Shown here: piece by piece, positions 55,354-63,483 of the stretch
How the letters are laid out: the number at the start of each line of letters is the position of its first letter
Position numbering within the stretch: the stretch's first letter is position 1
IMG/VR virus record: IMGVR_UViG_3300035093_000027
Reading direction: 5' to 3' (one strand)
DNA: 64,000 nucleotides
DNA from: an uncultured virus (IMG/VR IMGVR_UViG_3300035093_000027)
Lineage: Duplodnaviria > Heunggongvirae > Uroviricota > Caudoviricetes
The notes under the pieces: generated by a model
Seen by the model: only the letters and a program-made list of their open reading frames with translations
Told to the model about the DNA's origin: nothing
Database searches by the model: none
Translations under genes and position numbers: made by a program

Positions 55354-55563
55354 ATGAGCGCCGCTGATCGTGGCCTGCTCGATGCGCTCGTCGGATGGTG
55401 GGATCTGGTGGCGCGCTCATGGCCGATGCACGACGCGGCCTGTTGGCAATGGCTCGTAGACGAGGGCTACGTCGCGTTCGCGCCCGAGAACCGGATCTAC
55501 CCGCTGCCCCGCGGGATCAGCTTCATCCACCGCAGCAACGCTCGTCTCAGCAAGGATCCATGA
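55354..55563 (+). CDS. Small hypothetical protein
   Basis: Coupled to the next gene. Confidence 0.5.
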   Translation: MSAADRGLLDALVGWWDLVARSWPMHDAACWQWLVDEGYVAFAPENRIYPLPRGISFIHRSNARLSKDP

Positions 55564-55797
55564 TGCCCACGCTCGACATCGACCATCTCTTCACATACCA
55601 ACCGCCCACCGCCGAGCAGAAGGATCACTACGACACGCTCACGGCGTTGTTCAAGCAACTCGGCCACGCGATCCAGTTGCACTGTCCCGACTCCGCCGAG
55701 CGCCGAGCGGATGCTCGCGATCCGCAAGCTGCAGGAGTCCAAGCTGTGGGCGAACACCGCGATCGCAGTGACGGGCGCGGTTAAGCCGAACGCCTAA
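55560..55797 (+). pseudogene. Acb2/Tad1-like helical-hairpin protein frameshifted by a 7-bp tandem duplication
   Basis: FTYQPPTAEQ..Y...CPDSAER | MLAIRKLQESKLWANTAIA are in different frames; GCCGAGC is duplicated at 55695-55708. Confidence 0.75.
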
Positions 55798-55932
55798 GGA
55801 CGCCTCGCTCGCGCTCGAGGCTCTGTACAAGCAACTCGGCCACGCGATCCAGGAGATGGTGACGCCGAGCGCACACGCGCAGATCTGGGCACGGGCACCG
55901 GTTTTCGAGGTGGAGATCCGCTCGCTGGGCAT

Positions 55933-55945
55933 GCTGGTAGGGTCC
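55933..55945 (+). promoter_or_regulatory. Conserved promoter motif GCTGGTAGGGTCC
   Basis: TAGGGT ends 9 nt before ATG 55953. Confidence 0.75.
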
Positions 55946-55952
55946 ACGAACC

Positions 55953-57122
55953 ATGCTTCGGATCCGGCCCAAGCGACCCATCTTGCGCGCTCAGCTTGCC
56001 GCACAACTTAACGGTGGGACTGCTCGGCGCATGAGCAATCCAGCCGAAACGGTAGACATGCCGGCCAGAACTGGGCCGCTGCCGCAAGACTGGTGGACCA
56101 GCAACTTCCACCCCGATCCGCCGATGTGGGGATCCGAACCCACGAACGAGCCTTGGGTGCAGGTCGTCAACACGCCCGAGACGAGCTCGGGTGACGGTGT
56201 CGTCTTCGATCCTCAACGTCCCCAACAGCGCGGCATGATCGTGAAGGTCATCGATGTCTGGACGGCCTTCGGCGACACGCAGATGGCCACCGTGGATGTT
56301 CCGTCGGGAGCGGGAGACGGCTGGCCGCGACAGGGCGTACCTGCGGGCGACGTGGAGAAGTTCTGGGTGGCGGCATCGCAGTCGGCAACTAGGCCGTCAA
56401 ACAGCAGTTGGCGATGGGTGCAGATCACGAAGACCCCAGGTTTCGGACCGACGATCGACGGTCAGTCCACCGAGCGAGGGCGAGGTATTCTCTTCCAGCA
56501 GAGAGCATCTGGGCCGGTGAAGCAGGTCGGATCCGTCATCGTGTATCAGATGGCGCATGATCCTTCGGGGATGCGCGCGTCCGTCTCGAGGCTGGAGTCT
56601 GTACCGACGGGAGTCACAGCCGATCGCAAACCCGTGTGCACGGAATCGCTGGCGCTGTACGAGAACCGCTACAGCGTCTCTGGCTGGCCTGAAGAGCACC
56701 GGAACAAGCGGTATCTGTGCGGCGTGCCTGAGCCTACCAAGGACTATCAGTACTGCGGGCAAGGCGACAGATTCTCGCTGCCTTCGCTGATCTCCAACCC
56801 CGATGAGGATCCTCCGTTCCCGCCCGCAGGCCAAGGAACTAAGCGCTACTGCGGAAAGCTGGTGGAACTTCCGAAGGGCAAGTGGTACGCAGCCACGTTC
56901 TTCGATCACGCCCCTTCGCCGAAGTCGTTCATGTGGGTGAGGATCATCGACGTTCCACCCGACTACGACGGGAAGCACTTCGGACGGGGTGAGCTGTACA
57001 AGCGAAGCCGTTTTGGTGGTTCGATCAGCCGGAAGGAAGTTCTCATCGCGGAGATCGATCCTGGCGCATCGCCGCGAACTCGTATCGTGCCGAACGACAA
57101 TCCTTGGTCTGCGGGCGAGTGA
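55953..57122 (+). CDS. Leader-NP protein (same leader as 7566..7925)
   Basis: MLRIRPKRPILRAQLAAQ..RRMSNP; further NP motifs internally and near the C-terminus. Confidence 0.8.
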   Translation: MLRIRPKRPILRAQLAAQLNGGTARRMSNPAETVDMPARTGPLPQDWWTSNFHPDPPMWGSEPTNEPWVQVVNTPETSSGDGVVFDPQRPQQRGMIVKVIDVWTAFGDTQMATVDVPSGAGDGWPRQGVPAGDVEKFWVAASQSATRPSNSSWRWVQITKTPGFGPTIDGQSTERGRGILFQQRASGPVKQVGSVIVYQMAHDPSGMRASVSRLESVPTGVTADRKPVCTESLALYENRYSVSGWPEEHRNKRYLCGVPEPTKDYQYCGQGDRFSLPSLISNPDEDPPFPPAGQGTKRYCGKLVELPKGKWYAATFFDHAPSPKSFMWVRIIDVPPDYDGKHFGRGELYKRSRFGGSISRKEVLIAEIDPGASPRTRIVPNDNPWSAGE

Positions 57123-57182
57123 TCATGCGTTCTACATCCGCGCTCAGCGGTAGCCATGACCGGCATTACGTCGGTCACCACG

Positions 57183-57974
57183 TCACCACGTGTCCTCTCG
57201 AGCGCGGAACTCGGCCTCGTCGGCCACCACCTCGATCCAGAAGTCGACGCCCTTGACGATCTCTTCGTCGGTGTGGTCCTTGAAATACTCGCTGCCACGC
57301 TGGTAGAGCGCTCGAGAAGCAGATTCCTTCCGTACCACGGCGACAGCATCCGGCAGCGTGTCGAACAACTGCGCCTCGGGGTGCTTGGTGGTGAATCCGT
57401 GCTCGTAGTCTCGGAAGTAGCCGATCGTCTGATCCAGCACGGTGGCGATGGCGTACTTCACGGCCTGTGCGACGGGGGCATGGAGGGCGGGTGCTCTACA
57501 GCACTCCCATCCGTACACCTCGTGTATGCGCTCTCGCGTCATCCTCACGACGCACGGTTGACCATCCTCGAATCCGAACAGTTCGTACTTCGTCGCCTCG
57601 TCCGGCATGTTGGCCGCATGCCGCGAGGAAGCCTCCTCGGCCGGAGCGGGAGCACTTGAACCCGTCGCAGAGTCACTCGCGACCTTGCTGTCACCGAGCC
57701 CAACCGTGCCGGGCTCCGAGGTCTGCGTGTTGGTGTGCTCGCCGCCTCCGGCGTTGGAGATCGTTTCTGCCGGGCCCACGTCCGTGAATCCGAGCGCCTC
57801 GCCCGTCTCGTCCTCGTCCTCCTCCGGCGTACAGGGGGCGATTTCGGCGTCGATGCGAGCGCGCAGAAGGGGAGCGCCGCCGCCCGGCATGCCGTCGCGC
57901 CACTGGACGAAGTGGCGCGCTTCCTTCAGGAGTTCGCGCAGACGTGCGTTGGTCGCCTTCAGATCTTCACTCAC
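57183..57974 (-). CDS. Hypothetical protein
   Basis: Start overlaps the upstream stop. Confidence 0.6.
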   Translation of the reverse strand: MSEDLKATNARLRELLKEARHFVQWRDGMPGGGAPLLRARIDAEIAPCTPEEDEDETGEALGFTDVGPAETISNAGGGEHTNTQTSEPGTVGLGDSKVASDSATGSSAPAPAEEASSRHAANMPDEATKYELFGFEDGQPCVVRMTRERIHEVYGWECCRAPALHAPVAQAVKYAIATVLDQTIGYFRDYEHGFTTKHPEAQLFDTLPDAVAVVRKESASRALYQRGSEYFKDHTDEEIVKGVDFWIEVVADEAEFRAREDTW

Positions 57975-58707
57975 GGGGCACCTCGGGTTGCGGTAAGAAC
58001 ACGCGTTGGCCGGCGTTTACGCCGTAGACGAACAGGGCAGCTTCGGAGCCCTGCGCCCAGTCGTCGGGGCCGCCTTGGACGGGCACGTTCATCGTGGAGT
58101 CCACGAACGCGTGGCGTGGTCGTCGGTGGACATGGATCGGCACGAGCGCGACGACCGCGTCGTTGCTGGGAAGCTCCGGCGACGGCAAGCGCGGGACCTG
58201 TCCGATCCGCGACAGTCGAGTGGTCAGCGCGTGGGCCATGCCAGCTCGGAAGATCCGCTGCGCGTGGATGGGATCGACGTTGTGTCGCAGGAAGCGCGGC
58301 ATGGGCTCGTGATGGATGATCGTCAGGAGTCGGTCGAAGATCTCCTTGGCGCTGTGCAGGCGCTCTTGATCGCCGTGGTCGTCGAACACCACGAGCCCCA
58401 CCCTTCCATCCGTCGTCCAATACCAGACCGGTGCACTGTCGTAGAGCCACCCCACGCAGTGGGCGATCTCCTCGAGCCAGATCTCACGGGATTCGAAGAC
58501 GCCGAAGTCCTCGAGCACCTCTCGCGCGCGCGGCTGCTCTTCGGGCGGGGCGTCGCCGAGGATCACCTGCACGCCGTGCTTGTCCATGATCCGACGGGCG
58601 ATCTCCGCCGCGCGAGCGGCCGCGTTGTCGCCCTCGATCGTGCCGTCCGAGCTCGCCGCTTGGCGCAGCAGCTTCACGATCCGCTCGATTACGTCATCGC
58701 TGGCCAT
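57967..58707 (-). CDS. DUF2786 domain protein
   Basis: VIERIVKLLRQA.....E...A...A..IMDKHGV. Confidence 0.7.
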   Translation of the reverse strand: MASDDVIERIVKLLRQAASSDGTIEGDNAAARAAEIARRIMDKHGVQVILGDAPPEEQPRAREVLEDFGVFESREIWLEEIAHCVGWLYDSAPVWYWTTDGRVGLVVFDDHGDQERLHSAKEIFDRLLTIIHHEPMPRFLRHNVDPIHAQRIFRAGMAHALTTRLSRIGQVPRLPSPELPSNDAVVALVPIHVHRRPRHAFVDSTMNVPVQGGPDDWAQGSEAALFVYGVNAGQRVFLPQPEVPRE

Positions 58708-59323
58708 CGTCGTGCTCGACGTCGGTGGACGCTTCGGCGTCCAGGCTGGAGTCGCCGGCGTCGGCCTCCGGGTCGAGCACCCACGGCTCCTGTCCGAGCT
58801 CCAGATCCTGCTTGCCCGCCAGGATCACTTCGGAGATCCACTGCGCGACCGCTGCCCCGTCCGGCCAACCCTCGGCGTTCCACTCGGCGATCGCGGTCTC
58901 GACCATGGGCGACAGCGCGTTGAGGGTCGCCAAGCCGTGGCGGGCCTGCGCGGCCAGGACATGCGTGACGAGCTGCATGAGGTAGCGGGCGACTTTGAGC
59001 CCGGGATCGGCGTCCGACCGAAACGTCGAGGCGATCAGATCCTCCACGGCCAACTGCAGTGCCTTCTCGTCTTCGGCCGCGAACGCGTGGTGGATCCGCT
59101 TCTGGTAGATGATGAGTTGGTCGTCGCGCACGCCCTGGCCATCGCCGACGGCTTGCGACATGCGCCCGAGGACGCGCAGCAGCGTTTTGTAGATCTTCTG
59201 CTGCTTGCCCTGGCACTGCTTCGCTGCAGCTGCGAGGACGTTGGAGACGACCTCGTACTCGATCTCGTCGAGCTTGAGGCCTTCGGTGGCGATCGGGTTC
59301 TTGGTGGCCTTGGCTTTGCTCAT
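58694..59323 (-). CDS. Hypothetical protein
   Basis: ATGA overlap; GAGGA RBS. Confidence 0.6.
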   Translation of the reverse strand: MSKAKATKNPIATEGLKLDEIEYEVVSNVLAAAAKQCQGKQQKIYKTLLRVLGRMSQAVGDGQGVRDDQLIIYQKRIHHAFAAEDEKALQLAVEDLIASTFRSDADPGLKVARYLMQLVTHVLAAQARHGLATLNALSPMVETAIAEWNAEGWPDGAAVAQWISEVILAGKQDLELGQEPWVLDPEADAGDSSLDAEASTDVEHDDGQR

Positions 59324-60147
59324 GGGTTCCTCAGGTAGGGCGCGGAGCGCAGATCGACGACCTCGATGGATCTCCGCTGTGCCGCACGCGCGGCGTTGTC
59401 GGTCCCATCGCCGCCCGGTAACGCGACCACGATGGCGCGACGGTTCTCGAGCCGCATCGCCTCGGCGACCTCGGTCATCATGGTGTCGTTGCGCTTCACG
59501 AGCTCGTAGCGGATCTGCTCAGGAAGAAGCGAAGGCTCGGGCAGGAACACGCGCACCGGCACTCCCAGCTCGCGCGCGCACAGGCCGGCGCCTTCATCGA
59601 TGCCGATGGCGCCACCGTGCCACAGTGCAGCGATCGGCGAGTAGAGCACCAGGATCGTGATCAGCACGTCCGTGTGCGCCGGTCGCCACGCCACGTCGCG
59701 GCCGCCGGTAACGACGACGATGGCTCCGTCCTCCGCGACCTTGAAGCGCTGCAACGGCGCATCATCGACCTCGGTCGTGGCGGAGTTCGGCATGGTGTTC
59801 ATCGGGATTCCTTTCACGTGCACGGTGACCGTCGGGTTGGGGCCACCGTATGCGCCGATCGTCACCTTGCTGCTGGCGCCGGGCTCGTCGTCGACGAGCA
59901 ACGCAAACGACATCGGGCACAGCGGCTCCGCGTCGAAGCCGATCGTCGGCATCTGGAAGTTCTCGGGCACCGGACCGAGCACGAGCGGCTGGACGCCCGC
60001 CACCTCGACGTAGTCCTGCTGGAACTGCCGCACGAGGTCGCTCTGGGGCGGCTCGACCGGCGGCTGGCCGACTCGCACGCTGGGAAAGCACCCGTCGACG
60101 TCGGCGATGTCGAGGTCGAACGGGTCGGGAAGCTTGCGATCAGGCAC
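59320..60147 (-). CDS. SLOG-superfamily (YspA/DUF2493-like) domain protein
   Basis: VVVTGGRD, HGGAIGID, RNDTM, VVALPGGDGT. Confidence 0.8.
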   Translation of the reverse strand: MPDRKLPDPFDLDIADVDGCFPSVRVGQPPVEPPQSDLVRQFQQDYVEVAGVQPLVLGPVPENFQMPTIGFDAEPLCPMSFALLVDDEPGASSKVTIGAYGGPNPTVTVHVKGIPMNTMPNSATTEVDDAPLQRFKVAEDGAIVVVTGGRDVAWRPAHTDVLITILVLYSPIAALWHGGAIGIDEGAGLCARELGVPVRVFLPEPSLLPEQIRYELVKRNDTMMTEVAEAMRLENRRAIVVALPGGDGTDNAARAAQRRSIEVVDLRSAPYLRNP

Positions 60148-60421
60148 GGGCCTTTCCCTTCTTCTTCTTCTTGCGCTGGATCGGCATGGACGGCCGGGCG
60201 GCCTTGGCCCGTGCGGCGCGAGCATTCGCTGCGAGCTCGCGGCGTTGAGCCAGCCACGCCTCCTTCGTCATTCGCTGTGGTTTTGGTCGTGGCGAGGCTT
60301 CGAGCTTGGCGAGGCTGCCCTCGGCCTTCGCGAGCCTGTCTTGCAGATCCTTCACGCCGCGGGCCACGGACGTGATCATCTTGAGGATCTCGGGCAGCGT
60401 CGGGTCAGAGCGGGTCGCCAT
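60140..60421 (-). CDS. Small basic coiled-coil protein
   Basis: Coiled coil and KKKKK tail; divergent from the recombinase. Confidence 0.6.
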   Translation of the reverse strand: MATRSDPTLPEILKMITSVARGVKDLQDRLAKAEGSLAKLEASPRPKPQRMTKEAWLAQRRELAANARAARAKAARPSMPIQRKKKKKGKARA

Positions 60422-60523
60422 TCTGGTAGTTCTTATAGACTATCAAAATAGAGGCCTCAGGAGAGCTTTCTCACTGAGAGTATTCCCTCAGGATTCACGA
60501 TAAGGGATATTCTCGCAAAGCCA
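60422..60523. promoter_or_regulatory. AT-rich divergent intergenic region (promoters / possible recombination site)
   Basis: Visibly among the most AT-rich stretches of the window; CCTCAGGA twice; TCTCA-C-TGAGA palindrome. Confidence 0.5.
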
Positions 60524-61738
60524 GTGTCTCGTCAAGCCGAACCGCCTGCGCCTCCGCCCGCCCGCAAGAAGGCGCCTCCCAAGCCCCCGGCCGGCAAGGC
60601 CCCCGCGCCCCCGAAGGGGATGCAAAAGATCACCAAGCCCAAGCGACCAGCCAAGAGTCGTGTCCAGAAGGCTACCGAGCAGAGCGCGTCCCTTTCCACG
60701 CCCCGGCGCACGGCAACGCAGACGATCGGCACCACGAAGGCGTTGGCGGTGCGAGACGTCGAGCACGGTCTCGTGGTGCGAGACGAGGATGACGAGCACG
60801 CTGACGCGCTGTCCGAACACGCGCACGCGCCGGCCACCGAGCGAGCGTACAGCACGGACCTCGAGGACTGGCGTCGCTACGCGTTGGAACAGGGTCCGAA
60901 GAAAGGTTTCTACGAGCCGTTCTTCCCGGTGCTCCCGATGCAACTGCGCAAGTACATCGCGTCGATGGATCGCCGTGGTCTGTCGGTGTCTACGATCCGA
61001 AGGCGCTGCGCCGCGATTGCTCGTCTGCACAGCAACGAGGGCGTGACGAGCCCAACGCGGCATCCTGACGTGACCAAGGTGCTGCGAGGTCTGGCGCGCG
61101 AGCGCAACGTGGTGCCGGTGAAGAAGACCGCGATCACACCGGGGTTCGTAATCGCTGCGCTCAAGCAAATGCACGAGCCACGCGACAGGGCCCTCCTGTT
61201 GTTCGGGATCTGCAGCGCGATGCGACGAAGCGAGATCGTCTCGATACGCTGGCGCGAAGTCATCGAGAAGCCCAAGGGACTCGAGGTAAGGATCGCGTCA
61301 TCGAAGACCGACAAGGAGGGACGCGGAGCGATCATCGGTCTGCTCCGCATCGACGCCGTGCCCGAGTACTGTCCGGTGCGCGCGTTGTGGGCATGGAAGA
61401 CCGAACTCCGTCCAAAGCCCGACGACTTCGTTTTCCCGATCTGCGCGCAGACACTCGCCAACGTGGTGAAGCGTGCTGCGACGCTGGTGGGGCTCAATGC
61501 CGAGTTGTACGGCGGTCACTCCTTTCGATCCGGTTTTGCGACCAACGCTGCGGAGTCAGGTGTGCCGATGGTACTGTGGATGAAACACACTCGTCATCTG
61601 AGCGATCGCTCCGCGTCCGGCTACGCGCAGGCAGCAGACGCCCTCGGCAATCCGGCAGTCGCTGCGATGAGCAACGCGATTCAAGCTGCAGCGCAGCAGA
61701 ACAAGCCGCCCAAGCGCAAGGCTACGAGGCACCGATGA
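60524..61738 (+). CDS. Tyrosine recombinase, Cre-like
   Basis: TERAYSTD, RDRALLL..AMRRSEI, SKTDKEGRG, GHSFRSGFAT, RH....GY. Confidence 0.92.
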   Translation: MSRQAEPPAPPPARKKAPPKPPAGKAPAPPKGMQKITKPKRPAKSRVQKATEQSASLSTPRRTATQTIGTTKALAVRDVEHGLVVRDEDDEHADALSEHAHAPATERAYSTDLEDWRRYALEQGPKKGFYEPFFPVLPMQLRKYIASMDRRGLSVSTIRRRCAAIARLHSNEGVTSPTRHPDVTKVLRGLARERNVVPVKKTAITPGFVIAALKQMHEPRDRALLLFGICSAMRRSEIVSIRWREVIEKPKGLEVRIASSKTDKEGRGAIIGLLRIDAVPEYCPVRALWAWKTELRPKPDDFVFPICAQTLANVVKRAATLVGLNAELYGGHSFRSGFATNAAESGVPMVLWMKHTRHLSDRSASGYAQAADALGNPAVAAMSNAIQAAAQQNKPPKRKATRHR

Positions 61739-62415
61739 GCGCTGTCGCTCGTCCGCGCCGCTCCGGCATCCGTGCAGCCGAATCTTCGATCCGCGGCTCC
61801 ATGGTGCGCACTGGTGGCACGCGTGACACCGCGGTCAGTCGCGGCCAGCAGCCCTTCCCGCAGGATCAACGCCGCGCGCCTCCCCTTCCGGTCACACGTC
61901 CTGTCCCGCGCGCGACCTCACCTGCGCCGATTCCTACGCCCGTCGCCGCGCCGGCCATGATCGCGCCGCCGGTCGTGTCCGGACGCGTGGCGATCCCGTC
62001 ACGCGCAGTCGCTGTGCCGGCGGCGCTCGAGCCACCGCTGGTCGTGCCTACCCGATCGCGACCCCACGCGACTGCGCGCGGATCTGCACTGCCCCCGCCT
62101 GTGCCAGCGCCAGTTCAAGCGTCGCGCGCCGTGGCCGTCGCGTCATCGCGGCAGATCCAAGGTCGGACCAACCGAGACGACACACCGCCCGCACCATCGA
62201 AGCTGGGCGAGCTGCGCTCGATCATCGCGCGCATGCAGCAACGGATCGAGCAACTCGAGGCGGCCTCTGCGGGAGCGTCCGATAGCCAGGCGCGGATCGA
62301 CCTGCTCGTCGAGATCCTGGACGAGGCCATCGAGATCATCTCGCTGCCCGACGGGGTCGTGAACCGCCGACGTCTGCGCCAGAGGATCGAGGAAGCCAGG
62401 AAGGTGCTCGGATGA
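61735..62415 (+). CDS. Pro/Arg-rich low-complexity protein with C-terminal coiled coil
   Basis: ATGA overlap with the recombinase. Confidence 0.6.
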   Translation: MSAVARPRRSGIRAAESSIRGSMVRTGGTRDTAVSRGQQPFPQDQRRAPPLPVTRPVPRATSPAPIPTPVAAPAMIAPPVVSGRVAIPSRAVAVPAALEPPLVVPTRSRPHATARGSALPPPVPAPVQASRAVAVASSRQIQGRTNRDDTPPAPSKLGELRSIIARMQQRIEQLEAASAGASDSQARIDLLVEILDEAIEIISLPDGVVNRRRLRQRIEEARKVLG

Positions 62416-62506
62416 ACCAGTCCACGCAAGCGATGATCGTGCTCTTCGCACCTGTGATCGTGCTGATCCTCGTCATCGTCCTCGACCAGATCTGGAGCCG
62501 TCGCAA

Positions 62507-62734
62507 ATGACCGTCATCGTCACCACCGCCTTCGAACACGACGGACGCAAGTTCACAGCAGAGGGCACGTGGACGCCGACGCCGGCGCGCTGCGGCTTCG
62601 CGCCGACCGGCGACGTCGTGGTCGTCTGCGTGCTGTCGCGTGCAACCGGTGCCCGCATGGAACCCATCGAAGGAGGCGGACTCCACCGTGCGGCCAGCGC
62701 GGCGATCCGCAAAGCAGCCAGAAAGGACTCGTGA
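62507..62734 (+). CDS. Hypothetical protein
   Basis: Fits the operon. Confidence 0.5.
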   Translation: MTVIVTTAFEHDGRKFTAEGTWTPTPARCGFAPTGDVVVVCVLSRATGARMEPIEGGGLHRAASAAIRKAARKDS

Positions 62735-62880
62735 GCGATGAAACTGCAGCAGTTGATGGCACTCGCGGAGCGCGTGACGAGCAACACGAAAGAGCGACTG
62801 CGCACCGTCCAACTCGTCGAGACGTTCAAGGACGCCAGCGGCACCCGCGTGCGCGCGAGCGAAGAACTGCTGGGGTCGTA

Positions 62881-63483
62881 ATGAGCAGTGGCAACGACAA
62901 CCGACTCAACCTCGCTGAGATCCACTTCGACGTGTGGCCATACGGCGATGCGCTGTGGATCGAACGTCGTGCCATGGCGCGCGGTGAGCACCAACCGAAG
63001 CTGCTCGAAGGCGTCAACTTCTACATCGGCGGACCGGTGACGTATACGTCCGTCCACACCGCGATCCTCCGCACCGCGTCGCAGCTTCGAAGCCTCGCCT
63101 ACCTCGATAGCGCCCATGCTGTGGTGAAAGTGCACGCAGAGGAACGGCGCGCGCCCAAGATCGGAACGTTCGACGAAGCCTGCGGTGAAGTGAGCGATGA
63201 CGGCATCGACCTCGAGTTCGCCGGTGCGTGCCCGGTACAGGGCTACGGGATGGTGCATGGTAACCCCGCGTACTACCGCTCGCGCGGAACCGGATGGTCG
63301 CTCGATGTCTACGCAGTAGGCGTCGACGTCTGCTCCGAAGAAGACCCCACGGATCCGATCTTCTCTCACGACGAGAACCCGTACGCGTTCCCCGACGGGG
63401 GATGGATCCATCGAGACGAGTCGATCGCCAACATCCGCAAGGCCGCCGCCGCGTTCGCGGCGTGGAAGGCGGAGAACCCATGA
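62881..63483 (+). CDS. Hypothetical protein
   Basis: GACPVQGYG..YYRSRG..W motif; coupled to the next gene. Confidence 0.6.
   Translation: MSSGNDNRLNLAEIHFDVWPYGDALWIERRAMARGEHQPKLLEGVNFYIGGPVTYTSVHTAILRTASQLRSLAYLDSAHAVVKVHAEERRAPKIGTFDEACGEVSDDGIDLEFAGACPVQGYGMVHGNPAYYRSRGTGWSLDVYAVGVDVCSEEDPTDPIFSHDENPYAFPDGGWIHRDESIANIRKAAAAFAAWKAENP

Noticed and set aside
55652..55852. Diversity-generating retroelement TR/VR pair
   Set aside because: The repeat is short, differences are not adenine-specific, and there is no reverse transcriptase in the window.
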